Below are positions 8,761 to 16,825 of a stretch of DNA of 64,000 nucleotides, one piece after another (within the stretch, counting starts at the first letter, position 1; each line of letters opens with the position of its first letter). Source of the DNA: Sterolibacterium sp. (GTDB lineage: Bacteria > Pseudomonadota > Gammaproteobacteria > Burkholderiales > Rhodocyclaceae); assembly GCA_018061005.1 (NCBI GenBank), contig JAGOVA010000005.1:13292-77291 (forward strand), written 5' to 3'. The position numbers and the translations under genes are program-made. The notes beneath the pieces were generated by a model. That model saw only the letters and a list, made by a program, of their open reading frames with translations, was not told the origin of the DNA and did not search any database.

Positions 8761-9921
8761 TCAGACCGTGAAGGGATCTGGAATCGTGCGTGGCAGGTCG
8801 CGGTCGAGGATGTCGGCAGCGATGAGTTCGTCAAGATGGCTTTTGTCCCACCAGTTGAGTTGCAACTGCTTGGCACGACGATAGAACAGCTGGATATCGT
8901 AATCGAGCGTGAAGCCGATGCCGCCATGCACCTGCTGCGCCATGTGGGTGACTTCGCGGAAGGCACGGCAGGCGAACTGCTTGGCCATCGGCGACAGGCG
9001 CGTGATGTCTTTGCCCGCATCGGCGGCCCAGGCGGCTTCAAGGACGATCATGCGCGCACCATCGACGGTCGCGCTGGCATCGGCCATATCGTGCGCCAGT
9101 GCTTGAAAAGCGCCGATCGGTTTGTCGAACTGCTGACGTTCCTTAGAGTAATTGACCGTGATTTCGAGCGCGCGATGGGCTCCACCGGCGGCAAACGCGG
9201 CCAGCAGGATCGCACCCTGATACATCGCGGCATTCCAGGTCTGCCAACCGCTCTTTTCAGCACCGATACGATTCGCCACAGGCACCACGACATCCTTGAA
9301 GGTCACGCGATACTGCGTGTCGTAGGCCATGGTCATCTGCTGATCGAGCGTCACGCCGGGCGCGTTCGTGTCCACCAGCAACAGGTCAATGTCTTCAGTG
9401 CCGTCGCCGGTACGCGCCAGCACCAGCAGTTTCTGCGCGGCCTTGGCGTAGAACACATGGCGTTTGATGCCGTTCAGACGATAGCCTTCGGCCGTTTGTG
9501 TGGCGCGCATCTGCACACCGTTCGGGCCGTAGCCGTTATCGGGTTCCATCCATGCCGGCACGACGATGATCTCGCCGCTGGCAATCGCCGTGAGGATATC
9601 CTGCTTTTGTACGGCACTGCCTGCCTTGGCCAGCACCAGCGCGCTCATCACCGAGGTGGAGAAATGCGGTGTCGGTGCCAGCGTGCGACCGAGTTCTTCG
9701 TAGATCACCGCGCAATCGACCATGCCCAGCCCCATGCCGCCGAATTCTTCCGGCACCAGCACGCCGGTCAGCCCGGTCTGCTGCATCTGCCCCCACAACT
9801 CGGGGATGCCAAGCGGATCGTTTTCCATCTTGCGGACCACCGCCATCGTGCTGTAGTCAGCGCAAAGATCGCGGGTCATGTCGCGGAACATGTTTTGTTC
9901 GTCGGTAAACTTGAGATCCAT
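8761..9921 (-). CDS. acyl-CoA dehydrogenase family protein
   Basis: 386 aa with ACAD N-terminal, middle and C-terminal features, including the VHGGIGFTLDYDIQLFYRRAK tail. Confidence 0.9.
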   Translation of the reverse strand: MDLKFTDEQNMFRDMTRDLCADYSTMAVVRKMENDPLGIPELWGQMQQTGLTGVLVPEEFGGMGLGMVDCAVIYEELGRTLAPTPHFSTSVMSALVLAKAGSAVQKQDILTAIASGEIIVVPAWMEPDNGYGPNGVQMRATQTAEGYRLNGIKRHVFYAKAAQKLLVLARTGDGTEDIDLLLVDTNAPGVTLDQQMTMAYDTQYRVTFKDVVVPVANRIGAEKSGWQTWNAAMYQGAILLAAFAAGGAHRALEITVNYSKERQQFDKPIGAFQALAHDMADASATVDGARMIVLEAAWAADAGKDITRLSPMAKQFACRAFREVTHMAQQVHGGIGFTLDYDIQLFYRRAKQLQLNWWDKSHLDELIAADILDRDLPRTIPDPFTV

Positions 9922-9958
9922 GGATAGCCTCTTGAGTAATGTTTCTAAAAATATGTTT

Positions 9959-10019
9959 CAGGAACCGTTGATGTTTGATTCGGGTTCAGTCTGTTCGCTC
10001 CAGGCTCGAACGGTTCCTG
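9959..10019. repeat. long-loop inverted repeat between the MaoC and ACAD genes
   Basis: Perfect 11-bp stem caggaaccgtt (9959-9969) / aacggttcctg (10009-10019). It is followed on the minus strand by an A/T-rich tract. Confidence 0.5.
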
Positions 10020-10039
10020 CGTTTTCTGCGTTTTAATAT

Positions 10040-10522
10040 TTACGGCTTCCAGCGTTCGCCACGCCGTTGCCAGGGGTTGTCGCCCGCATCCAGCGGCACG
10101 GCTACGCGTGCTTCACACTCGGTGGCCACCTTGTCGCCCACCGAAACGGCCAGCTTCAGATCCACCCAGCCGCAGCCGCTGTCGTCCGTCGTGGTGTTCA
10201 CCACATTGCCACTGAAGGTCATGGTGTCGCCGGGAAAGACCGAACTCTTCATCTTGAACTTGATGCGCCCCAGACGACCTTTCGGCCCCGTCCAGTCGGT
10301 GATGTAGCGTTCGAACCAGGCGGCATTGGTCGGTGTGTTGATGAAAATGTCGCGGATACCGTTACGATGAACCGCGAAATCCTTGTCATGATGCATGGGT
10401 CGCCAGTCACGGCTGGCCAGCGCACCCAGCACGACGGTGGTGGCCGTCACCTCATGGCTCAAGGGCGGCAGTGCCACACCGGCCTTGATCTCGTTCAGGG
10501 TCAGATTCTTGCTCATACTCAT
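10040..10522 (-). CDS. MaoC-like (R)-specific hydratase, hotdog fold, C-terminal-type subunit
   Basis: From ATG 10522 (MSMSKNLTLNEIKAG...RDWRPMHHDKDFA...), which overlaps the upstream gene's stop by 4 nt. Confidence 0.85.
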   Translation of the reverse strand: MSMSKNLTLNEIKAGVALPPLSHEVTATTVVLGALASRDWRPMHHDKDFAVHRNGIRDIFINTPTNAAWFERYITDWTGPKGRLGRIKFKMKSSVFPGDTMTFSGNVVNTTTDDSGCGWVDLKLAVSVGDKVATECEARVAVPLDAGDNPWQRRGERWKP

Positions 10523-11055
10523 TGCCCCGCCTTCCTGTAACCGAGGCAGGTGTAGGTATCCGTTCCCACCCACTCGCCACGCTGATTGACGGTTTCCACG
10601 TCGATTGTCCAGAAGCGGCCACGGCCGAGCTTGGTGTCCTTCAGTTCGCCGACACTACGCACGATCTGGCGGATGGTCAGCACATCACCCATGCGCACCG
10701 GTTCGCCGAACACGGTTTCGTTGCTGGCGACCACGGCTTCGGGCAAGTCCAGCAGCCGCTTGAGGTCGAAGTGGGTCATCAATGCGGTACGCTCTTCCGT
10801 CGCCCCCGGTGCCCAGTGGTGCGGACGAAACCACACCGACAGCATCGATGGCGGCGCGATCGGGCCACCGGTCAGTTCCTGAGCCAGTCCGGGCTGCCAG
10901 AACAGCGGATTGCCATTCTGCGCCGAAGCGCAACTGCTCAGCACATACCCCTGCTCGATCGGAAATTCGGTCTGCTCCTCGTACTGCGGCTGATTGATCA
11001 GCGCCTGTACTTCGGGCGGCAGGTCGCTGGCCGCAGGCGGATATTCGGTGGACAT
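10519..11055 (-). CDS. MaoC-dehydratase N-terminal-like hotdog subunit
   Basis: 178 aa (…NGNPLFWQPGLAQELTGGPIAPPSML…). Resembles the MaoC_dehydrat_N type partner of split hydratases. Confidence 0.75.
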   Translation of the reverse strand: MSTEYPPAASDLPPEVQALINQPQYEEQTEFPIEQGYVLSSCASAQNGNPLFWQPGLAQELTGGPIAPPSMLSVWFRPHHWAPGATEERTALMTHFDLKRLLDLPEAVVASNETVFGEPVRMGDVLTIRQIVRSVGELKDTKLGRGRFWTIDVETVNQRGEWVGTDTYTCLGYRKAGQ

Positions 11056-11067
11056 GTTCTCTGTTCC

Positions 11068-12228
11068 TTATTCCAGCGCGCCGTTGTTCTTCAAGGCGGC
11101 GATTTCATCCGCAGTAAAGCCCGCACGGGCAAATACGGCATCGCTATCGGTTTCACCCGCCGGACGCACCTGATGCTCGGGCTGCTTCCGCTCACCCCCG
11201 GCCAGGATCGGCCCGAGTTGCTCAAACGCGCCTTTTTCAGAGTGACGCGCATTCATGAACGTCTGCCGCGCCCGCAGATGGGCATTTTCGGTGACTTCGG
11301 CAATCGACAGTACCGGCGCAGTGCAGGTGTCCGCCCCCGCCAGCAAGGTTACCCAGGCATCCCGCGATTGCGTGAGGAAACGCTGGGCAAACGCCGCGCG
11401 CATCGCTTCCTGTTTGGCCGCATCGTACTGGCTGCCGCTGTATTCTTCGAGCTCGAGCAGACGGCATAGATTCTTGAAGAAGTGACCTTCGATCGCGCCC
11501 ACCGAAATATGCTGGCCATCGCCGCAAGTGTAAATACCGTACCAGGCGTATTTACCGGTCAGCACTGCGTTGTTCGGCTTGGTCTCTTCACCCGTCGCAA
11601 GGTACTGGTCAAGATACAGCGACATCAGATTCAGCACGCCGTCGGTGATCGATACATCGAGATAGGAACCGCTACCGGTTTTCTCGGCATTCAGCAGCGC
11701 GGCGATGATGGACAAGGCGGCATGCATGCCGCCGCCCGCGCTGTCGGCCACCGTGGCACCGGGGATTGCCGGCTTGCCTTCGGCATCAGTGCCACTGCAA
11801 CCCAGAAAGCCGCCGACCGCCAGATAGTTGATATCATGCCCCACCCACTGGGCATAGGGTCCGTCCTGGCCATAACCGCTGGTCGAGCAATAAACGATCT
11901 TCGGATTGACCTTTTTCAGATCGTCATAGCCCACCCCCAAGCGTGCAGCGACACCGGGGCGATAGCTTTCGATGACCACATCGACACTTTTGGCCAGTTT
12001 GAGGATCGCCTCACGACCCGCATCCGACTTGAGGTCGACACGGATCTTCTGCGTGCCACGTCCCGCGCCATAGGCGTGGAACACCGGGTCGATCTGCTTG
12101 GCACCCTTGGCGGCGACCGGCGCCACCTTGATGATATTCATGCCGTAGTCGGCGAGGATGCGCGAAGCGCGCGCCGCCGGGCCGACACTGGCCAGGTCGA
12201 GGACGTTATAACCTTTGAGAAATGACAT
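11068..12228 (-). CDS. family III CoA-transferase / alpha-methylacyl-CoA racemase-like
   Basis: From ATG 12228 (MSFLKGYNVLDLASVGPAARASRILADYGMNIIKV...GYDDLKKVNPKIVYCSTSGYGQDGPY). Confidence 0.9.
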   Translation of the reverse strand: MSFLKGYNVLDLASVGPAARASRILADYGMNIIKVAPVAAKGAKQIDPVFHAYGAGRGTQKIRVDLKSDAGREAILKLAKSVDVVIESYRPGVAARLGVGYDDLKKVNPKIVYCSTSGYGQDGPYAQWVGHDINYLAVGGFLGCSGTDAEGKPAIPGATVADSAGGGMHAALSIIAALLNAEKTGSGSYLDVSITDGVLNLMSLYLDQYLATGEETKPNNAVLTGKYAWYGIYTCGDGQHISVGAIEGHFFKNLCRLLELEEYSGSQYDAAKQEAMRAAFAQRFLTQSRDAWVTLLAGADTCTAPVLSIAEVTENAHLRARQTFMNARHSEKGAFEQLGPILAGGERKQPEHQVRPAGETDSDAVFARAGFTADEIAALKNNGALE

Positions 12229-12249
12229 GCCGTGCGTCCCTATCAAATC

Positions 12250-12275
12250 GTCATTCCCACCTACACGGGAATGAC
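12250..12275. repeat. single ATTCCC-N8-GGGAAT hairpin unit
   Basis: gtcattccc (12250-12258) / gggaatgac (12267-12275), a 9-bp stem with an 8-nt loop. Same core as the element at 8641-8706. It lies between an ACAD stop and a CoA-transferase start. Confidence 0.75.
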
Positions 12276-12313
12276 GGGGTGTTATTGCTGTTCATCATCA
12301 CTGCACCAGCGCA

Positions 12314-13495
12314 TTAAAAGTTGCGCGGCAAACCCAGCCCGCGGGTGGCGATGATGTTGCGCTGGACTTCCGACGAACCGCCGCCAATGGTGTCGATCAC
12401 TGTGTAGGTGTAGCAGCTTTCGGCACGCCCCTTGAGCGGCGCATCTTCGGTCCGCAGTGCCAACTGGGCGCCGGGGCCGACGATGTCCATCGTCATATCG
12501 GCAATGCGGCGCGACAACTCGGTGGCATAGAGCTTGTAGTGCGAGGCCTCGACGGTCGGCGTCTTGGTGCTGTTCAGCGCGGCATCGACGAAGCGCACAC
12601 CGAGCATGCGCGCCACTTCGAGCTCGGTCGTCAGCTGGGCGATCTTCTGGCGGATCACCGGATCGTCCTTGAGCGGCTTGCCGTCGCGCTTGGCGGTCTT
12701 CACGTAATCGCAGAGCAGCTCCATGCGGCCACGGATCGGCGAGAAGGTGAACATCGAGAAACGTTCGATGTCGAGCGCCTCGGCGATGTACTGGAAGCCT
12801 TTGTTGACCTCGCCAACGCGGTAATCGTCATGGACGAATACGTTGTCGAAGAACACCGCGTTGGTGCGTTCGCCGCCCATGGTGTACATCGGATGGATGG
12901 TCAGGCCCGGATCGTCCATGCGGATCAGGAACAACGAGATACCATGGTGCTTCTTGGCGGTCGGGTCGGTGCGCGCGCCCACCCAGTACCAGTCGGCAAA
13001 GTGCGCCGAAGTGGTGAACACCTTCTGGCCGTTGAGCAGCCAGCCGTCATCCTTGCGCTCGGCCTTGAGCTTCATCGCCGCAGCGTCGGAACCGGCACTC
13101 GGCTCGGAATAGCCGACGGCGAATTCGATCTTGGCATCGAGAATCTGCGGCAGGAATTCCTGCTTGAGCTTTTCCGAGCCAACGTTGATCAGCGTCTTGC
13201 CGATGATGCCGACACCCTTACCGATCTGCGGTGCGCCAACCGAAGAGAGCTTTTCGTTAAGCAGGTATTCGTAGAAGCCCGCACCATCCTGGCCACCGTA
13301 AGCCTTCGGCCAGGTGATGCCCATCCAGCCCTTTTCAGCCAGCTTTTTGGTGAACTGGCGGCGTTCCGGCGTATCGCAAACCTGAGCCATGTTCTCGCGC
13401 GAAACGTCCATGTACTTCGGATCGTTGTTCTCCTTGAGAAACGCACCGACTTCGCGCAAAAACTGTTGCTCGTCCTTGGAAAATTCAAAATCCAT
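12314..13495 (-). CDS. acyl-CoA dehydrogenase family protein
   Basis: From ATG 13495 (MDFEFSKDEQQFLREV...YSEPSAGSDAAAM...IGGGSSEVQRNIIA). Confidence 0.9.
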   Translation of the reverse strand: MDFEFSKDEQQFLREVGAFLKENNDPKYMDVSRENMAQVCDTPERRQFTKKLAEKGWMGITWPKAYGGQDGAGFYEYLLNEKLSSVGAPQIGKGVGIIGKTLINVGSEKLKQEFLPQILDAKIEFAVGYSEPSAGSDAAAMKLKAERKDDGWLLNGQKVFTTSAHFADWYWVGARTDPTAKKHHGISLFLIRMDDPGLTIHPMYTMGGERTNAVFFDNVFVHDDYRVGEVNKGFQYIAEALDIERFSMFTFSPIRGRMELLCDYVKTAKRDGKPLKDDPVIRQKIAQLTTELEVARMLGVRFVDAALNSTKTPTVEASHYKLYATELSRRIADMTMDIVGPGAQLALRTEDAPLKGRAESCYTYTVIDTIGGGSSEVQRNIIATRGLGLPRNF

Positions 13496-13642
13496 CGCTC
13501 GACTCCCTGTATGGTGGGCTGGTGGGTAAAAACACACCCAATTCAGCGGTTCATTGTAGAAAAGTGACCATTCGGGCGTGATGTCTGCAGGGCATCGCAA
13601 ATGGCCACATTGGTTTCAGATGCGTCCACGCCCGGAGAACAT

Positions 13643-14872
13643 TCAACCCAGCACCTTGTTCGCCTTGATCGCCGCAATTTTCGCCGCATCGTAGCCCAGC
13701 ACCTTGCTCAGCACTTCATCGCTGTGCTGCCCCACGGTGGGAGCCTTGTGCGGTAGCGGCATCTCTTCGCCGACGAACTGCACTGGAAAGCCCAGCATAT
13801 CCGCACCATATTGTTCATGCGAACGCACCTTGAAGCGATCCTGGAACTGCGGATCATCAACGATGTTTTTCGGCGTATTGACGGGGGCGAGCGGCGTATT
13901 CGCCTTGATGCCGAAATCCAGCCATTCCTTGGTGGTCTTGGTCTTGAAAATGTCGCGCAACACGGCCTGCAGTTCGCGGTTGCCGCGCGCATGGTCGGCA
14001 AATTTGGAGCCCGGCCATTTCTCAAACAGATCGGCACGCCCCAGACCTTCGCAGAAGTTTTTCCAGAACGCTTGTTCTGAAGCCATGAACAATACATGGC
14101 CATCCTTCGACGCGTACATCTGGTAACGCACGCCTTCCCTCATCCCCGCCGTGGCGACCGGACGACGCTGGTAGCCATCCGACTTGTTGCCGGTCACCAC
14201 GTCTTCCGGACGCGTATAGGCCATGTAACTTTCACTGCGATACCAGTCGAAGGCCGCGGCGGCATCGGATTGCGCGAGCTCCATGAAGCAGCCTTCCCCC
14301 GTGGCACGCGCACGAATCACACCGGCCAGCACGCCCAGCCCACCAAACAGCGGGGCGGCATTGATGCCGATGCTGACGTGCTCGGGAATGTAGCAGAACC
14401 CTTCTTCGTCATATGCCGGGGTCACTGCACCCGCCCAGGTATCGTAGGCGATGCCATGCGAAGGCATGTCGCGGTAAGGGCCGCTCATGCCGTAACCCGA
14501 CACGGTGCAGAAAACAATTTTCGGATTAACCTTCTTCAGGTCTTCATAGCCCAGACCGTATTTGGCCAGCGCACCGGGCTTGGAGGCTTCAATGACGACA
14601 TCGGCATCCTTCACCAGATCGCGGTAGATCTGACGCGCCTCTTCCTGCTTGAGATCGAGGGTGATGCTCTTCTTGCCCCGGTTGAGGTGGTAGTGCATCA
14701 GCGAAACGCCTTCGATGATCGGCCAGGTCATTTCGCGGATGTAATCCCCGGAGGGCGATTCCACCTTGATGACGTCAGCGCCCAGATCCACCAGCGCGGT
14801 GGTGATGGCGGCGGGGCCCAGAATGGAGCTTTCAATGATACGCAGGCCAGCGAGGGGAGCATGTGGGTTCAT
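13643..14872 (-). CDS. family III CoA-transferase (CaiB/BaiF type)
   Basis: 409 aa (LAGLRIIESSILGPAAITTALVDLGADVIKVESP...GYEDLKKVNPKIVFCTVSGYGMSGPY). First gene of the co-directional block. Confidence 0.9.
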   Translation of the reverse strand: MNPHAPLAGLRIIESSILGPAAITTALVDLGADVIKVESPSGDYIREMTWPIIEGVSLMHYHLNRGKKSITLDLKQEEARQIYRDLVKDADVVIEASKPGALAKYGLGYEDLKKVNPKIVFCTVSGYGMSGPYRDMPSHGIAYDTWAGAVTPAYDEEGFCYIPEHVSIGINAAPLFGGLGVLAGVIRARATGEGCFMELAQSDAAAAFDWYRSESYMAYTRPEDVVTGNKSDGYQRRPVATAGMREGVRYQMYASKDGHVLFMASEQAFWKNFCEGLGRADLFEKWPGSKFADHARGNRELQAVLRDIFKTKTTKEWLDFGIKANTPLAPVNTPKNIVDDPQFQDRFKVRSHEQYGADMLGFPVQFVGEEMPLPHKAPTVGQHSDEVLSKVLGYDAAKIAAIKANKVLG

Positions 14873-15004
14873 GAAGTAATCCTCAAGGACAAAAATGGAG
14901 ATAAACGATCAAGATAAGCCAAAAGCCCTGGCCAACCTACCCTTGCGCCTATCTGATCGGGCCGATTTCAATTCAATTCCGGCCACCCTGGGGCGCACGC
15001 TCCC

Positions 15005-15910
15005 TCAACGATCCTGCGCCAAAAATGTCAGGATGCGTTGCGTCACTTCGGCAGGCGATTCTCGATGCGGAAAGTGCCCCACCCCCGGCAACAGGTGGAA
15101 CTCAAAATGACCGGAGAAAGCCTCATGGCTACGCGCAAAAACCTCCGCACCCACCGCACCATCAATTTCCCCTGCCAGCATCAACGTTGGCGGTGCGGTT
15201 TTGGCCGCCAACAACGCCCAGCCTTGCCGGGTCGAGCGACGAAACATGGCGCGATAGTAACCAATCGCCGCAGCCAGCCCGGCAGGCGCAGACAAGGCCG
15301 CCTTGACCGGCCGCAGATCGTCGGCCATCACCGGCCAGGTTGGTGACCAGTCGCGGTATAGCCGGTCGATAAAAGCGTAATCATCACGCGCCACGCGCCG
15401 CTCCGGCCAGCGCGGCAACTGGAAGAACCAGATGTACCACGAGCGACGTAACTGTTTGAACGACTGCACCGCACCGCCAATGTGCGGCACACTCATCAGA
15501 ACCAGGCGACGGATTCGCAGCCCACCTTCATTGCCCCCCTCACCTTCGGCTTTATCCAGATTCGCCGCGCAATACGCGGCATACGCCCCCCAGTCATGCC
15601 CGATCACCGCCGCATCGCGCGCACCCAGCGCGTCAATCAACGCCAACACATCACGCCCCAGTGCGGTTGTCGAATAATCCCCATCCGCCGCCAGCCCGCT
15701 GGGCGCATAGCCGCGCAGATAGGGCGCAATGGCACGATAACCGGCGGCAGCCAGCGCTGGCAACAAACCGGCATAAGTTTGCGCGGTATCGGGAAATCCA
15801 TGCAAACACAGCACCAGCGGCGCATCCGCCGCACCCGCTTCGTGATAGGCAAAACGAATACCGTTGGCGGTGATGTAATTGAGTTCTTGTGCTGCGGCGG
15901 AGGGCATCAT
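15005..15910 (-). CDS. alpha/beta hydrolase, epoxide-hydrolase-like
   Basis: HGFPD and GHDWG motifs. The start is uncertain (15910, 15907 or 15991) and none has a clear Shine-Dalgarno. Confidence 0.8.
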   Translation of the reverse strand: MMPSAAAQELNYITANGIRFAYHEAGAADAPLVLCLHGFPDTAQTYAGLLPALAAAGYRAIAPYLRGYAPSGLAADGDYSTTALGRDVLALIDALGARDAAVIGHDWGAYAAYCAANLDKAEGEGGNEGGLRIRRLVLMSVPHIGGAVQSFKQLRRSWYIWFFQLPRWPERRVARDDYAFIDRLYRDWSPTWPVMADDLRPVKAALSAPAGLAAAIGYYRAMFRRSTRQGWALLAAKTAPPTLMLAGEIDGAVGAEVFARSHEAFSGHFEFHLLPGVGHFPHRESPAEVTQRILTFLAQDR

Positions 15911-16030
15911 GATTTTTTGGTGATGGGGTGCGATGGGTGCGATGTGCTGCGGTAAATCAACCGCGTTCTGAAAACACTCGAATGTGGACACTTTAAACGT
16001 CCGAAAAAACAGCCACAGTTACCTCCAAAA

Positions 16031-16261
16031 TCACCTGTTCCGCAGCTCGATTGCCACGTCCCGGAACGAAGCCAATGCGGCTTCCAGGTGCTCAATAATC
16101 TCCTGCTGCAACACATCGGGCGGCGGCAGGTCATCCAGATGATCCAGGCTGTCATCCTTCAGCCAGAAAATATCCAGACTGGCTTTGTCACTCGCCATCA
16201 GCTCTTCGTAACTGAAATACTTGAACCGTTCTGCGACGATGCGCTCGTGGCGATTTTCTGG
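16031..16261 (-). pseudogene. hsdM: C-terminal remnant of a type I restriction-modification methyltransferase (HsdM)
   Basis: My minus-strand translation gives ...PENRHERIVAERFKYFSYEELMASDKASLDIFWLKDDSLDHLDDLPPPDVLQQEIIEHLEAALASFRDVAIELRNR*. This matches the characteristic HsdM C-terminal tail (DIFWLKDxSL...LPxPDVL...EIxExLEAAL). There is no upstream methylase body and no start codon. Confidence 0.7.
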
Positions 16262-16320
16262 GTGGCAACCACGGCCTAACCGTCTCCCATTAGAATTCCG
16301 GGTTGTGATTGTTTAACGTT

Positions 16321-16341
16321 CAATTTTCAATTTTCAATTTT
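16321..16341. repeat. tandem heptamer (caatttt) x3 just upstream of the OsmC-like start
   Basis: caattttcaattttcaatttt read directly. It ends 15 nt before ATG 16357. Confidence 0.8.
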
Positions 16342-16356
16342 CGGCGGATACAAATC

Positions 16357-16773
16357 ATGGAATGCAAGGTCAGTTGGCATGATGGCATGAGCTTCATTGC
16401 AGAAACCGGCAGCGGGCATCTGCTGACGATGGATGGTGCACCCGAGGCCGGGGGGCGCAATCTGGCAGCGCGCCCGATGGAACTGGTGCTGGCGGGTACG
16501 GGTGGCTGTACTTCTTTTGATGTGGTGATGATTCTCAAGCGCGGCCGTCAGGAGGTAACCGGTTGCGAGGTCAGCATTCAGGCCGAACGTGCCGAAACCG
16601 ATCCCAAGGTGTTTACCAAAATCCACATGCACTTTGTGGTGACCGGCAAGGCACTGAAGGCGGAAGCGGTCGAGCGTGCCATCAAGCTGTCGGCTGAAAA
16701 ATATTGTTCGGCTTCGATCATGATCGGCAAGACGGCGGAAATCACGCACGACTGGGAAATCGTCGAAGGGTGA
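16357..16773 (+). CDS. OsmC/Ohr family peroxiredoxin-like protein
   Basis: From ATG 16357 (MECKVSWHDGMSFIAETGSGH...LAGTGGCTSFDV...KYCSAS). Both conserved Cys regions are present. Confidence 0.85.
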   Translation: MECKVSWHDGMSFIAETGSGHLLTMDGAPEAGGRNLAARPMELVLAGTGGCTSFDVVMILKRGRQEVTGCEVSIQAERAETDPKVFTKIHMHFVVTGKALKAEAVERAIKLSAEKYCSASIMIGKTAEITHDWEIVEG

Positions 16774-16825
16774 TGCAATTCTGGATCCAGGATCCGGAAT
16801 CCAGTATCTAGGACGGCGCGCAATA

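Noticed and set aside
8590-9927. 445-aa plus-strand ORF
   Set aside because: It is antisense to the acyl-CoA dehydrogenase. Its N-terminus (VIPAQAGIHEPTPLDSRLRGNDGG) is simply the translated REP palindrome at 8641-8706.
12539-13567. 342-aa plus-strand ORF
   Set aside because: It is antisense to the 12314-13495 acyl-CoA dehydrogenase, which has clear family motifs. No motif is present in this frame.
14917-14936. Possible sigma-54 promoter (ttggccagggcttttggctt on the minus strand) upstream of the first CoA-transferase
   Set aside because: The spacing between the GG and the expected GC is off by one, and the -12 element reads GG rather than GC. No enhancer-binding protein is nearby.
15907-16155. 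82-aa minus-strand ORF overlapping the HsdM relic
   Set aside because: It is in a different frame from the HsdM-like translation. It is Cys/Arg-rich with no similarity to anything I recognise, and the HsdM frame explains the region better.
16321-16341. Short tandem repeats (here, at 46275-46294 and at 60739-60771) considered as CRISPR-like arrays
   Set aside because: The units are 7-11 bp with no spacers and only 2-3 copies, and there are no cas genes. They are not CRISPR arrays.
16780-16810. Palindromic sequence tggatcca / ggatcc / ggaatccag between convergent osmC and coq7, considered as a bidirectional terminator
   Set aside because: Only a 6-bp stem with a 12-nt loop can form and there is no flanking T or A tract. 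The evidence is too weak.
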